This document shows, piece after piece, positions 1 through 13,279 of a DNA stretch of 64,000 nt; positions within the stretch are counted from its first letter, which is position 1; each line of letters opens with the position of its first letter. A model generated the notes under the pieces. It made no database searches. It was not told the DNA's origin and worked only from the letters and a program-made list of their open reading frames with translations. The stretch is from Raillietiella orientalis. Taxonomy: Eukaryota. The translations under genes were made by a program, and so were the position numbers. Location: NCBI GenBank assembly GCA_036172245.1, contig JAYWIR010000006.1, positions 5,332,001-5,396,000 on the forward strand, in the 5' to 3' direction.

Positions 1-3000
1 ATTGAAAATTCGCCCAGAGCACGCGGACTTTTTCCGGTTCCTTTCATGCCTCCCAGGAGTAATTTATGGGCCCAGAGGATGCGGCGAGACTCCGGCCCTT
101 CGCTCCCGGTCCATTCTTATCGAGTACCTCTCGGGCTCCCGAAGCTGACAAAGGGAACCAGAAAGGGTAAAATGAGCCCCCCCCCCCCCTCCTCCCAAGA
201 AGCAACGGCTCCCCAACCTCTCTCCAGGAGGGAATTTATTCTTCCCGGGCTGCCGTGTTTGTATCGCCTTCTCCGCGGGAGTTCTTTCCGCTCCTCCGAC
301 CGCGTCCGCCGCCGCCAACTCCAGCAGCGGCGGCAGCAAACCGATCCTCGGTTCGCCGGCGCGAGCGTGCGAGCCACCCCCGTTGCGTCGGCGACACCGC
401 GGAGGAGCGCTCGTGGCAGCCGTTCGAAAGGGTGACGGGAGAAGGGAACGCGCGCACTCGTCCCGCCCGCACCTGCATTCCCCGCGACAGAAGGGCAGAG
501 CGCAGGCGGGAGAACGGCGGACGCTTGCGCAGACACCGCACCGCCACGCCTCGCGAGCGCCAACCACCCGCCACCATCCCTTCCCTCCTTCCACGTCCAC
601 GCCATCCGCGCGTGGACGAGGACCGGGAGTTTCTTCCTCCTGCTCTCCAGCCGCTATCCATTTCCTCGCTTCCCCCGAGCTCGAGGTCTCTTCCTTCCTC
701 GGCGCCGGTTGCTTGGCGACGAGGAAGGAAGCGGCCGCGAGCCTTTACTTCGCTTCGCGGCGACGCAACAATGGCGCGCTGGGCGAGAGGCCACGGTCGG
801 ACTCGTCTGGCTAAAAATACCACCACTCGAGTCGCACTCGGTCTCCCTAGCTACGCGCTCGTCGGGTGGCCAAAAGCTCGAGAGATGCGCGGAGGCGGGT
901 GCACGGCGCCGCGGCCGTCGCTGCCCGGGAGCGAGGGGCCTCGGGGCCGTTCCGAGGGAGTCGGGAGGAGACGAAGGGGGACTTCCTCTATCCATCCCGG
1001 ACGGAGATCTGCCGCGCGTGCCCGGAACGCGACGGCGCACAGGCGTGTAATGTCGCCAGCGCGGCGACGCCCTCGCCGTTCAGCCGCGTCTGCCCGGCGC
1101 GGGAGGTGCGGCAGCCGCGCGTGCGCGAGGGCACCGTCCTTCCCGCCGACCGCGTCGCCCGCGGGGGCGAAGTGCGCCGTCAGCTGAAACGCGGGAGTCC
1201 CGCCGCGAGCAGACGGACGTGGGAGCGGGTATCAGTCCCGGGCGCCCGCCTGACCGATGGCGTCTCCCACGATGACGCACGATGCAGGTCCTGCCGTTGC
1301 TGTCCCGCGGGCGGCGTGCGCTGCCCCCCTCCCCCCCGTTCGCGTTGCCCACCGCCCTTGGGAAGTCCGTCGCTTCTTGCGTGCGCGCGCTCCGACCGCG
1401 GCGAGTGGGGTGGACGCTTCTGTCCGCGTCGTGAGTCGCCTGGCTCTCCGGATGGATTGGCGCGGATGGCATTTCGCGTCCCATGTGCAGGCTGGCGCGG
1501 AGTCTGAGAGGTGAGGAGTCTGCTTGATAGGGACTCATGCATAAGGGGTTGCCAGCATTGCCCTTCGTTTTGCCCTCTATCTGCATTCCTATCCCTCGTT
1601 ACCTCTCGTCCGTGAGCCGGAGGGGACCCGACCGCTCCTGTTTGCACCTTGCTGGAGGACTTCGGGCTAGGATATTCCGAGGCAAGGGCTTTTGGAGAGA
1701 GGGTAGACAAGAGCGATGCCCTCCGTCGTTCGCCCCAGAGTCACCGGCTTCCTGAACAGAGGAGGACTTCCCTTTTCCCTTCTCCTGCCCCTGGAATGAC
1801 ATGACAGCTCAGGGACTGCCCAGGGACTTTGGACGACCGCACGGAGTATTTTCCGGGAACGAGTCGCCAAGACGGAAGTAGTGCGCGGGCGGATAAAGGG
1901 TTCCTTTGAGGAGGGCGCGGAGGGTCGTTTACGGGGTAGGATGGGGTCTCTCCCCAGAGGGGCCGGAGAGAAAACCTCAGGTATGGATTCTTCAAGGGGG
2001 GGAGGGCCGCGAGAGGAGGGGTACGGGAAAAGCAACCCGGAGGCACACGCGAAGGAGCACTGCGGAGCGGGACCGCGTGGGAGAGAGGCAGCTGGATGCG
2101 AAATGGAGCTCACGGAGCGAGGGAGCAACAGGTCGGGTTCCTGGAGACGCATGATGGGGACGCCGCACGATTGTACGCGAAAAAGGCGTGGGGCACTCGG
2201 GGGTAGATGATGCGCGGAGAGAAGTGGAGCGGGGAGATGGAGCGGGGCTGGAGGCCGTGGGCTGGAAACAGAGGCGTCTGAGTGGGGCGCAACGAGAGAG
2301 GGCGCGCTGGAGGCTGCAAGAGAAAGAGGGGTGCGTGGGGCCGGGGAAATGAGGGGCTGCGGGCAAAACGAGGGTAGAAGGGGTATGGGAAATATGGCAA
2401 GCCGGTAGCCTCGTCGGATGGGAAGTGCGCGTGCTGTGAGCGAAGCGGGCTGCCGCCGATCCGGGAGAAAAGTAGGGACAAGGGTCAGTGAGACGCCGGA
2501 CGGGAGATGGAGAGATCTCAGGAACTGGAGACAGGGGGAAGGGAGGCAGGGGCGCGGCTGGCGTCGTTCCCCGTCCCGCTGGCGTGCCGGGCCATCTACT
2601 CCAGCACGAAATGAGCACTTGACTCCGACCCCCGATCCTGGCGAACGCTCTCGGCCGGGAACGCTCCTGTGGGAACGCTCCCTTCGCGGCGGGCTGCCGT
2701 TCCCTCCTTCCGCACCGGCGGCGCCCGACCAGGAGTCCTCGTCAGGAGGAACAAAGCGCTAGGGGACCGGTCGTAATCGCATCCGCCCCCGGGGAGCGAC
2801 CGGGTTCCCCGAGGGGCGCGGCCCGAGAGCACGGGAAATGCACGGGAAATGAGTCATCATCATTCCCGGAAGGCAAGGGTCGCTGCCGCGGAGGAGCACG
2901 TGGACAGGGGAGAAAGAAGGCGGGCGGAGGGAGACAGGAAGATCCATTTTCGTTTCTCCCGTTTTCCTCCCATTTCCTGGAACTATACAAATGTGGTGTG

Positions 3001-3534
3001 AATCCTTGCGACCTCCGGTAGGAGGCGGTCCTACCTCCCGAGCAGGGGGCCGGCACGAAGAAAGGGATATTCTGTAGGTGGGGATCATCATCACCACCAC
3101 CACCCTGACCGTTCTTCCTCACCGTTTTTCGGTTTCCGGGGAGCGAAGGGTTTCCCTCTCCCGAGACGCATCCGTCTTCTGGGGATTGAGGGAGGAGTAT
3201 ACTGAATCAGCAGAAAAGCCCTACCCGACGGGGCGGCTCGTCCACTCCCGTTCCTCCTCCTTCCAGCGCATGCCAGTCCCGCGAGAGGAGAGCGTTCCTT
3301 CCCCTTACCCTCTCCCCTTTTCCGTGTTCACTCCCCTTCATTCCCGTGAGCTAGGCAGAGCTCCTCCTTCCGGGAGCCTCTCCTCTTCCTGGAGAGGAGA
3401 GTGGAATGCATTCCCGCCGAAGGAGGTCCATCCTGAAAGGGCCTCCCTCGGGAAGAGGCGCTCCAGCTTTGAGAGAAGGAAGGGCAGGGGGGGATGAACT
3501 CGCGCCCAGAGTCGACGCTGCCCTCGGAGGTCAG

Positions 3535-4200
3535 GCGATTTTTTTTTTTTCCTTTTCTTTTGGTCACCGGCGTCCGCGGAGGTCGAGTCGTCCGAGGGTC
3601 AAGTCGGGGTGAGACTCTTAGACTGCCTGGAAGCCTGGCCGCGAGTTCCTCCCTCACCCTGCACCGAATCTCCGGGCAGGACCGCCGCTCCCTGAGCTGG
3701 CTGCCATCTTCAGGAGGCCCAGCATCCCGGCTGGGTCCTGTCTCCCATCCGTTTCTACACGGAGAGTTGGCTCCCACTGGAGCAGCGCAGTCGCTATGGG
3801 AAGGCGCTGGAGGAGACGCTCGCGGAGAAGCAGGAAAGCGAGAGCGGGCAGGATCAACGAGAATGCGGCAGAGCCGCTGACCTGGTGAAAGACGGACGTA
3901 TAGCTCGGCGGCCCTTTTCCTGCAGGTGGACTCCTGCAAGTGAGGGACGGCTGTAGCATGCGCGTCCGCGGAGCGGCTTGAGCTTCCGGTCGGCCTTCAC
4001 TGCGGAGTCTCCCGACGACAGGCGCCAGATCACCCCTGGTATCTCGGGCACCCGCCGCTCGGGAGCTGCTTTGTCCTTCCTCCCCGCCCCGGAACCTTCC
4101 TAAGGGTGGGGCTGGGAAATCGCTAGTAGGCAGGTCAGCTCCCCCTGGTACAGTCTCGGACCGAGCAGCCCCCACGGTTCGCTTCAGGAGGAGCAGCACA
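3535..4200 (-). mobile_element. Highly decayed LINE 3' fragment with an A-rich tail
   Basis: Minus-strand GVIWRLSSG, GAGGAACTCGCGGCCAGGCTTCCA resembling the family's terminal coding segment, and ACGCCGGTGACC followed by an A-rich run (T-run at 3539-3550 on +). Confidence 0.3.
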
Positions 4201-4589
4201 TTGCCTGGAGCACCTGGCTCTGGAGCGCAGTCGGCGTTTCCGGGACAATCGGAGAACATGGACGAGCAGTCGCAGCGAGAATGCGCCTAGGTCGTGGATC
4301 CACGCAGCACCTCTCCAAGGTCCCTGCCTTCTTTCCCCTCCCATCGGGGACGGAGTTTCTGGGACGCACCCATCTACCGCCACCTCCTAGGAGAGTGCTC
4401 TCGGTATGCATGAGGGAAGTGAGGTGGCTCGCAGCTGGTCCGAGCTGAAACTCCTCGCTTTGCTGCTAGCGGAAAATCATCGTCCATCCACCGGATGCTG
4501 CTCCAGGCGTAGTCCATGGGGCAACCACGAATTCTTGCGTTGTGTCTGTTGTGATTTCATCCCCCTCTGGGGCCCAAGTCCTTGTCCAG

Positions 4590-4885
4590 GATTCTATCCT
4601 CCTCTTATTCTATCCTCCTATCGTTCCTTTATCCTCCTCTTTCCTTCCACTTCCTCCTCTTTCCTTTCTCTCCTCCTCCCCTCCTTTTTCTCCTCCCTTC
4701 CTCCTCCTCCCTTCCCTTCCTCTTCCTCTTCTCTTCCTGCTTTCTTTTCTCCCTTCCTTTTTCTTCATCCTCCTCCTTTCCTCTCCTTTCTCCTCCTGCT
4801 TCCCCGTTCCTTTTCTCTTTCCTTCTTTTTTTCTTTTTTTTTTACTCCTCTTCCTGCTTTCCACTTCCTCCTGTTCCCTTCCTTC
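4590..4885 (+). repeat. Polypyrimidine (CT-rich) low-complexity tract
   Basis: About 300 bp almost entirely C/T (TCC/TTC cryptic repeats). Confidence 0.9.
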
Positions 4886-5899
4886 GCCTTGGATCTGCGG
4901 AGAACAGCTCATCGACGGGCTGTGTTCGCGCATCAGCCCGTCGATGACGCCGCCCGCCATTTCGAGCTGGGGGAAACGCGATTCGCTTCAAGCGCGTGGC
5001 GTTCGGGGTTCCGCCCCGGGCGACCACTGCAGTCTGAGTGTTGGTATAGGGCGATCCGGGAGCCACCGGAATGCAGCTGCGAGGGATGCACTCGCCGCTG
5101 GCTTCCACGGACAGTCGGCTCCGCGAGTCAGGAATGGACAGCGGTCGTTTGGCGGAAGAGCAGCTCTCGTGTATTCCCTGCGAGCGATCCTGGATGGCCG
5201 CAGCTGGGCCAAGAGGGAGCGGATGGGAGACGAGCGGGGAACCACCCGCCCGCCCTTTCGCATCCTCCGTTGCGTGGGGCTCACGCAGCAAGCGGAAGAG
5301 GGATGCCCCCGAGTCCCGCAGATGCGCTTGGAGTTTCCGGATCTCTGCTCCGAGGCAGAGATGCAGAAGAAGCCAGCAGGATGTCAGATGGTTTCCATGA
5401 ATTCCAGAATCTCCGCTGCCTTACCCGCACGCGAGTATGCGGTGCGCGCGATTTCGCGTTTGCGCGGCCCACGGATCCCGCACCCGAGGTGGCGAGCGGG
5501 AAGCGCCACCTAGAGAGCCAAGCGAATCTCGTCGTTTCCATCACGCGAGCGATTTCGAGGACCACATGCGTCCGTGTGAGCAAAAATGTGGAAAGCCACT
5601 TCTCGAGTCGTCACGTTTGGCACGTGCGCACGGGGGTGGACCCTGTGACCGAACGCCTGTCAGACACCAGAGAAGAGGATCGGACCCATTGGACGAGAAC
5701 ACCCAAGCCGCCGAAAGAGAATAGGGGCTGCATATTTTCCTCACCCGATCAACTGCGGGAGGTTTGTCTTTCTCGGCAGTCCCAGCCAGGAGATCGACCA
5801 CGCGAAGGACACACTGGCCAAGGGGCAGCTGCCCTCTCAGCACCTGGGTGCTTGTCCTCGGGAGCGCCTTTCCGGAGAGCACGTTGCCGCCACCTAGAC

Positions 5900-7130
5900 G
5901 TTCCCTCATGAGGCGTCCTGTGTGGGGGTTCCATCGTCTCCACCCCGAGGAGACGCAGAGTCCGGAAAGGAACGCCAAGGGCACCACCGATGGTCCCTTC
6001 CTTTCTTCCTTCCTATCTGACTCCCCACGGGAAAGGGCGGCTTCCTTCCCCGTTCTGCGTGTTTTCTGCACCCCAACGCCGACACTTCCAAGACGGCGCC
6101 GGGGACACGCCTCCAGCCTCGCAGGGAAGGGGGAAGCAGCGGAGGAGGTGGTCATTTCCACCGTGGGGCACGTCGAAGCCTCACGCGAAGCTGCTCACCC
6201 GCTTGGAGGGCCGCCGAAACGGCGGAACGCGAGCGCGGGAAAAGCCAGGCGGCGAGGGAAAAGCGGAGGAGGGAAAGGAGGAAGCTGCTTTGGAGGACCG
6301 GAGCCGCGCAAGGAGTGGCCGGAAGTCACGAGCCGGAAGCCACCGCCTCGTTACCGCTCTCGATAGCGCCTTCCTCCTTTCCTGAGGGAGCAGATTGGCA
6401 GCAGCCCGCGGGCAAGATGAGAGGTCACTTGCGACCTGAGAACCAGAAGGAAAGCGTTAAATGGTTGGACCATAGCCTACAGAAGCTGCGATCCCAAGTG
6501 AGCCGGTTAAAGGTGTGCACTTTTGCCCTCGGGAAGACTCCGAGCTTTGAATGGTGGGCGCAGCTGTCCGTTAAGAGAGTATGCGGGACCTGGAGCAGTG
6601 GACTTTCGGGTGGGGCACACGGGGGGCCGTAGCGTCCGCCCACTCTTGGATCGGGCACCCTCCAGGAAGTCCCGCTCTCCCTTCTAAGCGGGGGCGAGAG
6701 AAAATGCTGACCGAGGGTCACCTTCCGGTCACCTTGCCGGTGTCGCGCTGTTCCTTGCTTGCCTGAGGGAGCTGCAACACTGGCATAGACGAACGCGTCG
6801 GTCTGGATGCGGTAGGACCAGGTGTGACTCCCCAAATCGCGAAGGCCCTGGAGCAACCGGGTCAAAAAAAGGCTGAAACGAGAAGTCACGCAGGAGTTGC
6901 CGGCATTCTGCGCTGGTTTCCATCAAGAGCGGCTGCTGCTACCAGAAATTTTCGCCCTCCTCCTTTTTCTCTATTTATTTGCTTACTTATTGTCTCCTTC
7001 TCTCCCTTTCCGGACGTCCTCAGCAACCCATCGCATGTCGGTGACCCCCTCCCTCCTCGGAACCTCCCTCTGTTGGCTGTTTATCTTTTGAAACAACGCC
7101 CCGGCGAGACCGGTGAAAACAAATCTCCAA
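5900..7130 (+). mobile_element. More diverged copy of the L1/Tx1-like LINE 3' region
   Basis: CAGGAGTTGCCGGCATTCTGC (~6891) matches CAGGAACTTGCCGGCATCCTGC (~56644). It also has a T-rich tail and terminal AACGCCCCGGCGAGACCGGTG (~7095) like the one at ~56920. The upstream boundary is uncertain. Confidence 0.45.
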
Positions 7131-7299
7131 TGAAACCCAGACCCCTGAAGCTGCGCTGGACCAGAGCTCTGGAAGGTCACGGTGTCTCCTCCCTCAGTGC
7201 GCCAGCTCGCAGTGCTTCAAGAAAGAGCCGGTCCTCTCCGGTGTTATTCGGACGCTAGGTGCTTGGACACTGGGGTCAGCTGACTGACTCTGCGACCCT

Positions 7300-8230
7300 C
7301 AAATTACCTGCCTAAAGGTGTGCGCTGTTGCGCCGAGGCGAGCCACTCGGGACTCCCCTGGAAGACCGCGAGTGGCTCCCGGCACTCCTGAACATCCCAC
7401 ATACCCTTTCTCTCGAGTGAGCGAGTGAGTCTTCTGTTGCGCTGGAGTCTCCCGTGCAATGCCCGCCGGAATCTTTAGACGTAGGGGATGGAGGTCGACC
7501 CAAAACGCAGCAGGTGTGCGGGGAAGGGGAATCTTTCCCGCGCCTTCTCGTAAAATACTTTGTCCTCCGGTCCCTCTGGAACGCTTTGCTGTGACCCTTT
7601 GGATCCTCCGACGGCAACCCCAGAGGCGCCTCTTCGTGCGCAATGCCAGACCTCCAGCCGCGTCCCTGGAAGTTCCCTGATGCCTTCGCGGGATTGCGGC
7701 TGCCTGGAGCGCCTCCAAGAGAGACGAGGACGACAAGGACACGCCTTCCGCTTTGCAGCCCGCGTCTTGGGGGTAGCATTGAGATGGCCCCATCTGGGAA
7801 GCCCGCAGCAGCCCGAACTTGCCGGTCTCCTTGGATGAGTGCAAAGGACGCCCCAAAGCAGGGAGCAATCTATTCCCGAACCCCCCAAAGTTTCCTCTAT
7901 TTATTTTCTTTTAATTTAATCTTGTTATTTGTTTTTTTTTTTGTTCTCCTCTCCTCTCTTGAGGGTAGCAACGAGATGGCCCCATATGGGGAGGCGCAGC
8001 AGCCCGAACTTGGCGGCATCTCTGGATGGATGCAGAGGACACCCCAAAGCAGAACGAGATCCCTTCCCGAACGCAGCAAAGTCTCCACGATTTATTTTTA
8101 TCTAGGTCTTTCTTTTTTTTTCCCCCAATTTTACTTTCCCTTTTGTTTGCTTTCCTTTCCTCTGCTGTGGGGGCGACCCTCGCCGGTCTGCGCACCAGCG
8201 ACCCGACAGGTTCTTCGCTCAGTGGACGTC
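7300..8230 (+). mobile_element. 3' fragment of the same LINE family with a tandem duplication of its tail
   Basis: 7500-7890 aligns by eye with 56330-56720. The unit starting GGGTAGCA..GAGATGGCCCCAT occurs at 7771 and again at 7963. 8150-8215 matches 56780-56845. Confidence 0.65.
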
Positions 8231-11199
8231 GTAGGAACGGCACTCCCACCACCGCCGCCCCAGTGTGTGTTGCAAGCAACGGCCCGGCGCAGCCAGGCCA
8301 GGAAGCTGCGGGCTTCCTCTTCGCTTCCACGAGAGATCCGACGCCTGAGTGTCCGGCCCCGCGACCAGCAGGATCGGAAAAAGGGAGGAGGTGGGGTGGG
8401 TAGTGGACGCTCGCCAACGCGTCCCCGAAAAAGGACGGGAATTCTCTTCGGGCTTCCGAATGGGTGCTTTCCTTCCCCCTTCCCTCCGCAGGGGAGGAAG
8501 GGAAGAAAAACGGGTCTCCCCGCCGCCGTGGCAAAGGGGAGCGAAGGATGCGTCCCCCTTTCGCCAACCCGGTGGCTTAGCCGCATCTCGACCAGCGGCG
8601 GGACGCAGGAGCCGCCTCGCACTCCGCTAGCCGGATTGACCACTAATGAGAAATAGATGACGCGTAATGGCCCCTGGATACGAAATTGCCCGGCGAGTGA
8701 GGAAATCTAGAAATAGGTTCTCTCGCGGAAACTCGCCACAATCGGAATGCACGCGCTCAATTATTCCCTTCCTGTTCCTTCGACGGACTTTTCCGGCAGC
8801 ACGGCCTTGTCTTTGCAAGGAGAGAGAGGGAGGAGGGGGAGAGAGGAGGGGGAATTCTCTTTGCGAAGCAGCGAGCGGTGTGGCTCGGCGCTCGAAGATG
8901 GCGTTTCGCTGGATGCGGACGGTGCCCCCCTTTCCGAGGAGGGCGAAGGGAGGAAAGGGGGGTCCATTCGGTGGGGACTTCGTTCCCTCGGCGTGCTAAG
9001 CTTCCCACACTCCCTGACGAAGCCGTCGCGGTGTTCTCCCGCGAGCGACCCTGCCCACGGGAGGAAAAGGAAAGGAGGGAGATGACGGTTCCCCGTGGAC
9101 GCGGCAAGATTCTCAGACGCCGAGGTGACAAATCACGTGTAATTGGACGCGGGACCATCCCGTCGATCCGACATCCTGAAGATTCGAGGGCTCCTCGGGC
9201 AAGACTTCCCAGGCCGGGTGCTCGCGCGCGGCGAGGAGAGGGAGGTTTCGATTGGCCCGCGATCCCTAAGGAGGGCTTCAGCACTTCTGGAGCGATTCTT
9301 TTCGGCGGGAAGATTGAGGTTTCCCTCTGATCCCTGCCCCCCCTCCCTCACCCGAAGCTGGAAGCGGGTCGGGAGAGCATCGTGCCCCGCCTCAGCGTCC
9401 CGGTCCCGGAAGCATCCCGCTTTTCACCCCTCGCGGATCTGGAAGGGAAAGTGTGTGGAAGACCGGCCAACGGGAGTTCGCGGCTGTCGGTCGCCTGCAG
9501 CGAAAGGAACTGATTCGGAAGGTTCTCCGAGAGCGGCGCCTCCTGTGGGAAAACGGGGTCTTCTGGCAGCTGGGCACGGGAGGTCCACATCCTTTATGCA
9601 GGACGAGAGGTTTCCCGCCATCTCCTCCGGAACGGCGAGGCGACCTGTCGGGATCCGGGAGGCGAGCGGGAGGCTGCCAGGCTCGCCTCCGCATGTTCCC
9701 GCGTCGGAACATCCTTGAAAGTGCTCGACCCCGACAGATACCACCCTCCTAATGGTGATCCTCTGCCAGTGACGTTAGTTCCGTTTCCCCCTCCAGAGGC
9801 CGGGAGCCACTTTTTCACGTGTCCCCATCAGAGTGCATCCCGGTCGCGCAGGACTCCGGAGGCAGCCCCAGGAGTGCCGGAGGGGGAAGGGAGGGGGGGC
9901 GAACTCAGAGTTGCAGCTTCATCCTGCGCAGTCGTGGCAACCTTCGACTGGAAGCGCCCCACCGCTCTTCGGGGCTTCCCAATGGCGCGGCGGCGCTCCG
10001 ACGCGCTTCACCTTCCGATGGTTCCCCTGACTTGCGGGGGCGAGATGCCAGCTCCCGTTCCCCCGCAAACTCAATTCATCTCGATCCCTGGTGCCGTCTC
10101 CAAGGCGACGGGACCGTCTTACTTTATCGACGAGCGAGATCCTCGACGAAGGGATCGCGGGAAAGGAAACGTGATACCCTCATCATCGGAAGCTGCGTGT
10201 GCCTGATGCCCCGGCCCTCCCCGCAAACACAATCCCGCGATTGGACCACTCTCTCGTGCGCGTCATCTCGATGCAGGAGGGGGGTTCGGACGCTGGCGGC
10301 GGACAGCTCGGGCTATCCCTGGGAGGGCCGCTCCTCTTCCCCTCCCCCTCCTCGAAACCCGATAGCGCGATTGCATTACGATCCCTGTCGCCCTGGAAGC
10401 AGACTCCGCTCCCGCTTCGGGACGGGCGGAACGCCACGCAGCGGCACGGGCGGAGCTGGATCCCATCCTTCCTCCGCCTCCACCCCTCCGAAGAGCACCA
10501 GCGCGCTCCAGGAGGGAGCCGCCTACCCCCACCACCCACCACCATCTTCGTTTGCTCCGCTCCCGCGTGGGACTCTCGTTGAGGAGGCGGTCTCCCAGCC
10601 CGGCTTCGGCGGGAAGCGGCTGGCGCAGCGAGGAGGAAGGGGGGAGGGGGAAGGGACGCTACCGGCAAGGCGTCAGGTGCCGCGTCCTCCTCGCGCAGCG
10701 CGCGGGCTTGGGAGGCTTCCGAAGCGCGCGCGGCTGCCGTCCGTAACCAAGGAGCCCGTCGAAAACGTACGCGCGCCGGGGCGCAACCGAGGAGGCAGAG
10801 TCTATCCTGCTTTCGAGAAGGAAGGGAAGGGGGACGGATTGCCCCGTCCTGAATAGGGGCTGCTGCCTATTTTTTTTTCTTCTCCTCCTCCTCCCAGCTC
10901 TGCCTCTCTCGCCCGTCTGGCTGCCACGGCATTTCTCTTTCCACTGCTCTCGCGGACGAGAGCGCGCAAGGGGAAGGGAGGGAGGGGGAAGGGCGGAGGA
11001 GCGCGAGATCCGCGTTGCCACCCAGCGCGCCTGCATTATCTGCCGGCAGGTTTATCGCTTCCGCGAACGCCGCTGCCGGCTTTGTGCGCGCACGAAGCGC
11101 GTGCGATTAGGCCACGGACGGCTCCTTCTGCATGCAATCAATCTCGCATCAATCCTTGTTCTCAGCGGCGCCCGAGACCCGAGTCCGTTCGTAAAAGAG

Positions 11200-11352
11200 T
11201 TTCTTCCTCTTCTCCTTCTTCTTCTTTTTCTTCCTTCTTCTTTTTCTCCCTTCTTCTTCTTTTTCTTCCTTCTTCTTTTTCTCCCTTCTTCTTCTTCTTC
11301 TCTTTCTTCTTTCTCGTCTTCTTCTTCTTCTCTCTGTCCCCTCTTCTCTCCT
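11200..11352 (+). repeat. Polypyrimidine (TTC)n-like tract
   Basis: Degenerate CTT repeats over ~150 bp. Confidence 0.9.
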
Positions 11353-12759
11353 TGTGGTCTTCATTCGAAGAGGCTGAACTGCCGAAATCTGGACCACCTC
11401 CGCACGTCATGCGACGGATCCGAGAGATCGGACGCCGCGGCTCAGCCTACCATTCCCGAAATGGACCTCTGATGGACCCTAATGTCCTCCTTTGCTGCTG
11501 CACCTTGTACCGCCTCACTGGGAAGGCGCCGCGGCCAAATGAGAATCCCCGCCTTCCTCCCATCCTCCAAAGCTGGCGGACCTAGCGCCCCGGATGCGGT
11601 GGAAAGGGAAGCGGGGGCGACGTGGCGTGCGCGACCCGGAAGCCCGGCTTTGGCTGCATGATGCCCTCGTGACGTCACGAACCCCCCCCCCCTCACTGCG
11701 CCACCATTACCACTGCTACTATCGCAGAAGACGCGAGGCGGCTGGAACCCGGGTCTGCGGAATCTCGCCTTCTAGAGGGGCGGCCAGCCGATCCCTGTGA
11801 CGTCACGAAACCTTACTCCTCCACACACCACCTTCAAGCGAGGCTGTAGCTCGCCTCAGCGAGCACCGACATCCATGTTGCCGCCTGTCGGCAGGACGCT
11901 CAGCTGGCGCCCCTCGTACGTCACATGGACGAACCCCGGCCCCGAACAAGGGAAAAGCGGGGAACTGGGACCTCGGTGGCCGCACCAGCGCTCGCGAGTT
12001 CATGGCGGCAGACGCTCATCGCGGTCGGGAGTGGGGACAGGAGCGGCCTGCTTTGCTGCTGCTGAGCAGTCCTCCGGTATGCTGCCAATGACGCCCTCCG
12101 GCGTAAACAAACCTGGAGCCTCCCACCTGCCCCCCTCCAGCACGAACCCCGGACCGGTGACTGTGCTTGGGGGCGCCACCAGCTCCACGCCCGATCGATT
12201 TTTCCATCCTCCTCTCCCTTCCCCCTCCGTTGTAGCCGGAAGACGGAGTTTCTCAGAATAATGCCCCTCCGCTGCCTCCCAAGGAGGATTGACGTGAGAG
12301 AGGTTGTGATCTTTCCCACTTGAAAGTATCGATTGCGGTACTTCTCCTCCTCATCATCCTCCTTCTCTTGCCTGTTGACACACGTCATCCCAGAGCCGCC
12401 CGGGATGCTTGGGAGAATCGAAGTACGGCGCAGGAGAAATTTTCCGGCATCCTCCCAGAAAGACACCACCCGCACGTCGCGCGCCTCCCCCGCCCACCGT
12501 TCCCTTCCACCGGTCCTTGCGGATGCGCGAGCATTCCCGCTTCCGGTTCATTCCGAATCCGTCCGCGCGAGGATGACACCATCACTCCTGCCCCCCTCCC
12601 CCTCTTCCCCTCCTCTTTCCTCTCCCTCCTCGCGTCTCTGCAGCGGGCAGAGAGAGAGAGGTCGCGCCACGGCGCGGACAGAGCTCACCCTCTGGCTCCG
12701 AGCCTGCATCGCCGCCGCATGGGCTGGAGACGCCCCCGGGAATAAAACTGCGGCAGAGG

Positions 12760-13010
12760 TAGGAGCGACCGCCCGAGTCAGCGGCTGCGCGCTGAAGTAC
12801 CGGACTTCGCAGGTTCGAATCCGACCCGGGAAGGGGGGGAGGGTCGACGCCAAGAAATATGGGGTGCGTCGTGGGTTTTGAGTCCTCCCCAGAGGATGAC
12901 TCTGGTTGGCCTACTCGGGCGCGGCGAAACTGGTGGAAGACTCTGGATGACCCCATTGACGGCCCCAGAATTGGAAGTTGACCCGCCGGGGTTCTTCCAG
13001 GACATCAAGG
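12760..13010 (+). mobile_element. tRNA-derived SINE, copy 1
   Basis: Pol III B-box/T-arm GGTTCGAATCC at 12812 followed by ~200 bp collinear with the reverse complement of 21695-21945 (shared blocks GGATGAC-CTGGTTGGCCT, TCGGGCGCG, CTTCCAGGA). No intact tRNA cloverleaf. Confidence 0.65.
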
Positions 13011-13279
13011 CTCCCATCGGGGTTGCCTCCGGTTGTGAAAGTGGAACCGTTGTCCTGATACCATCGCGTACCATTGGGCTGGTTGGTACCAGTTCCCTCC
13101 AGGGTTGCCCCTCCAGGTTACCTCGCCGCCAAGAAGCGCGAGGCTCCCTTCGGGGGGTGACCCTCCAGGGAAATTTGAAAGTGTTCTTTTGGGAAGTTCT
13201 CTCCAGTGAAGGAAATTCCGGGAGCGTATCCTTTCCGGAGTCTCCATCCGGTGAAGAAACGAAGAGTGATCCCCTCCGG

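Noticed and set aside
990..1190. Exon-like GC-rich segment after a minus-strand TTTCAG acceptor
   Set aside because: No recognisable peptide, no clear donor and no partner exons in the window.
4406..5911. 501-aa ORF with an apparent hydrophobic segment
   Set aside because: The F/L/S/P stretch is simply the translated CT tract, and there is no recognisable domain. The same applies to the ORFs at 11082-11585 and 34808-35606.
12760..12830. tRNA gene
   Set aside because: Only the T-arm/B-box is intact. The acceptor and D stems do not form, so a SINE head explains it better.
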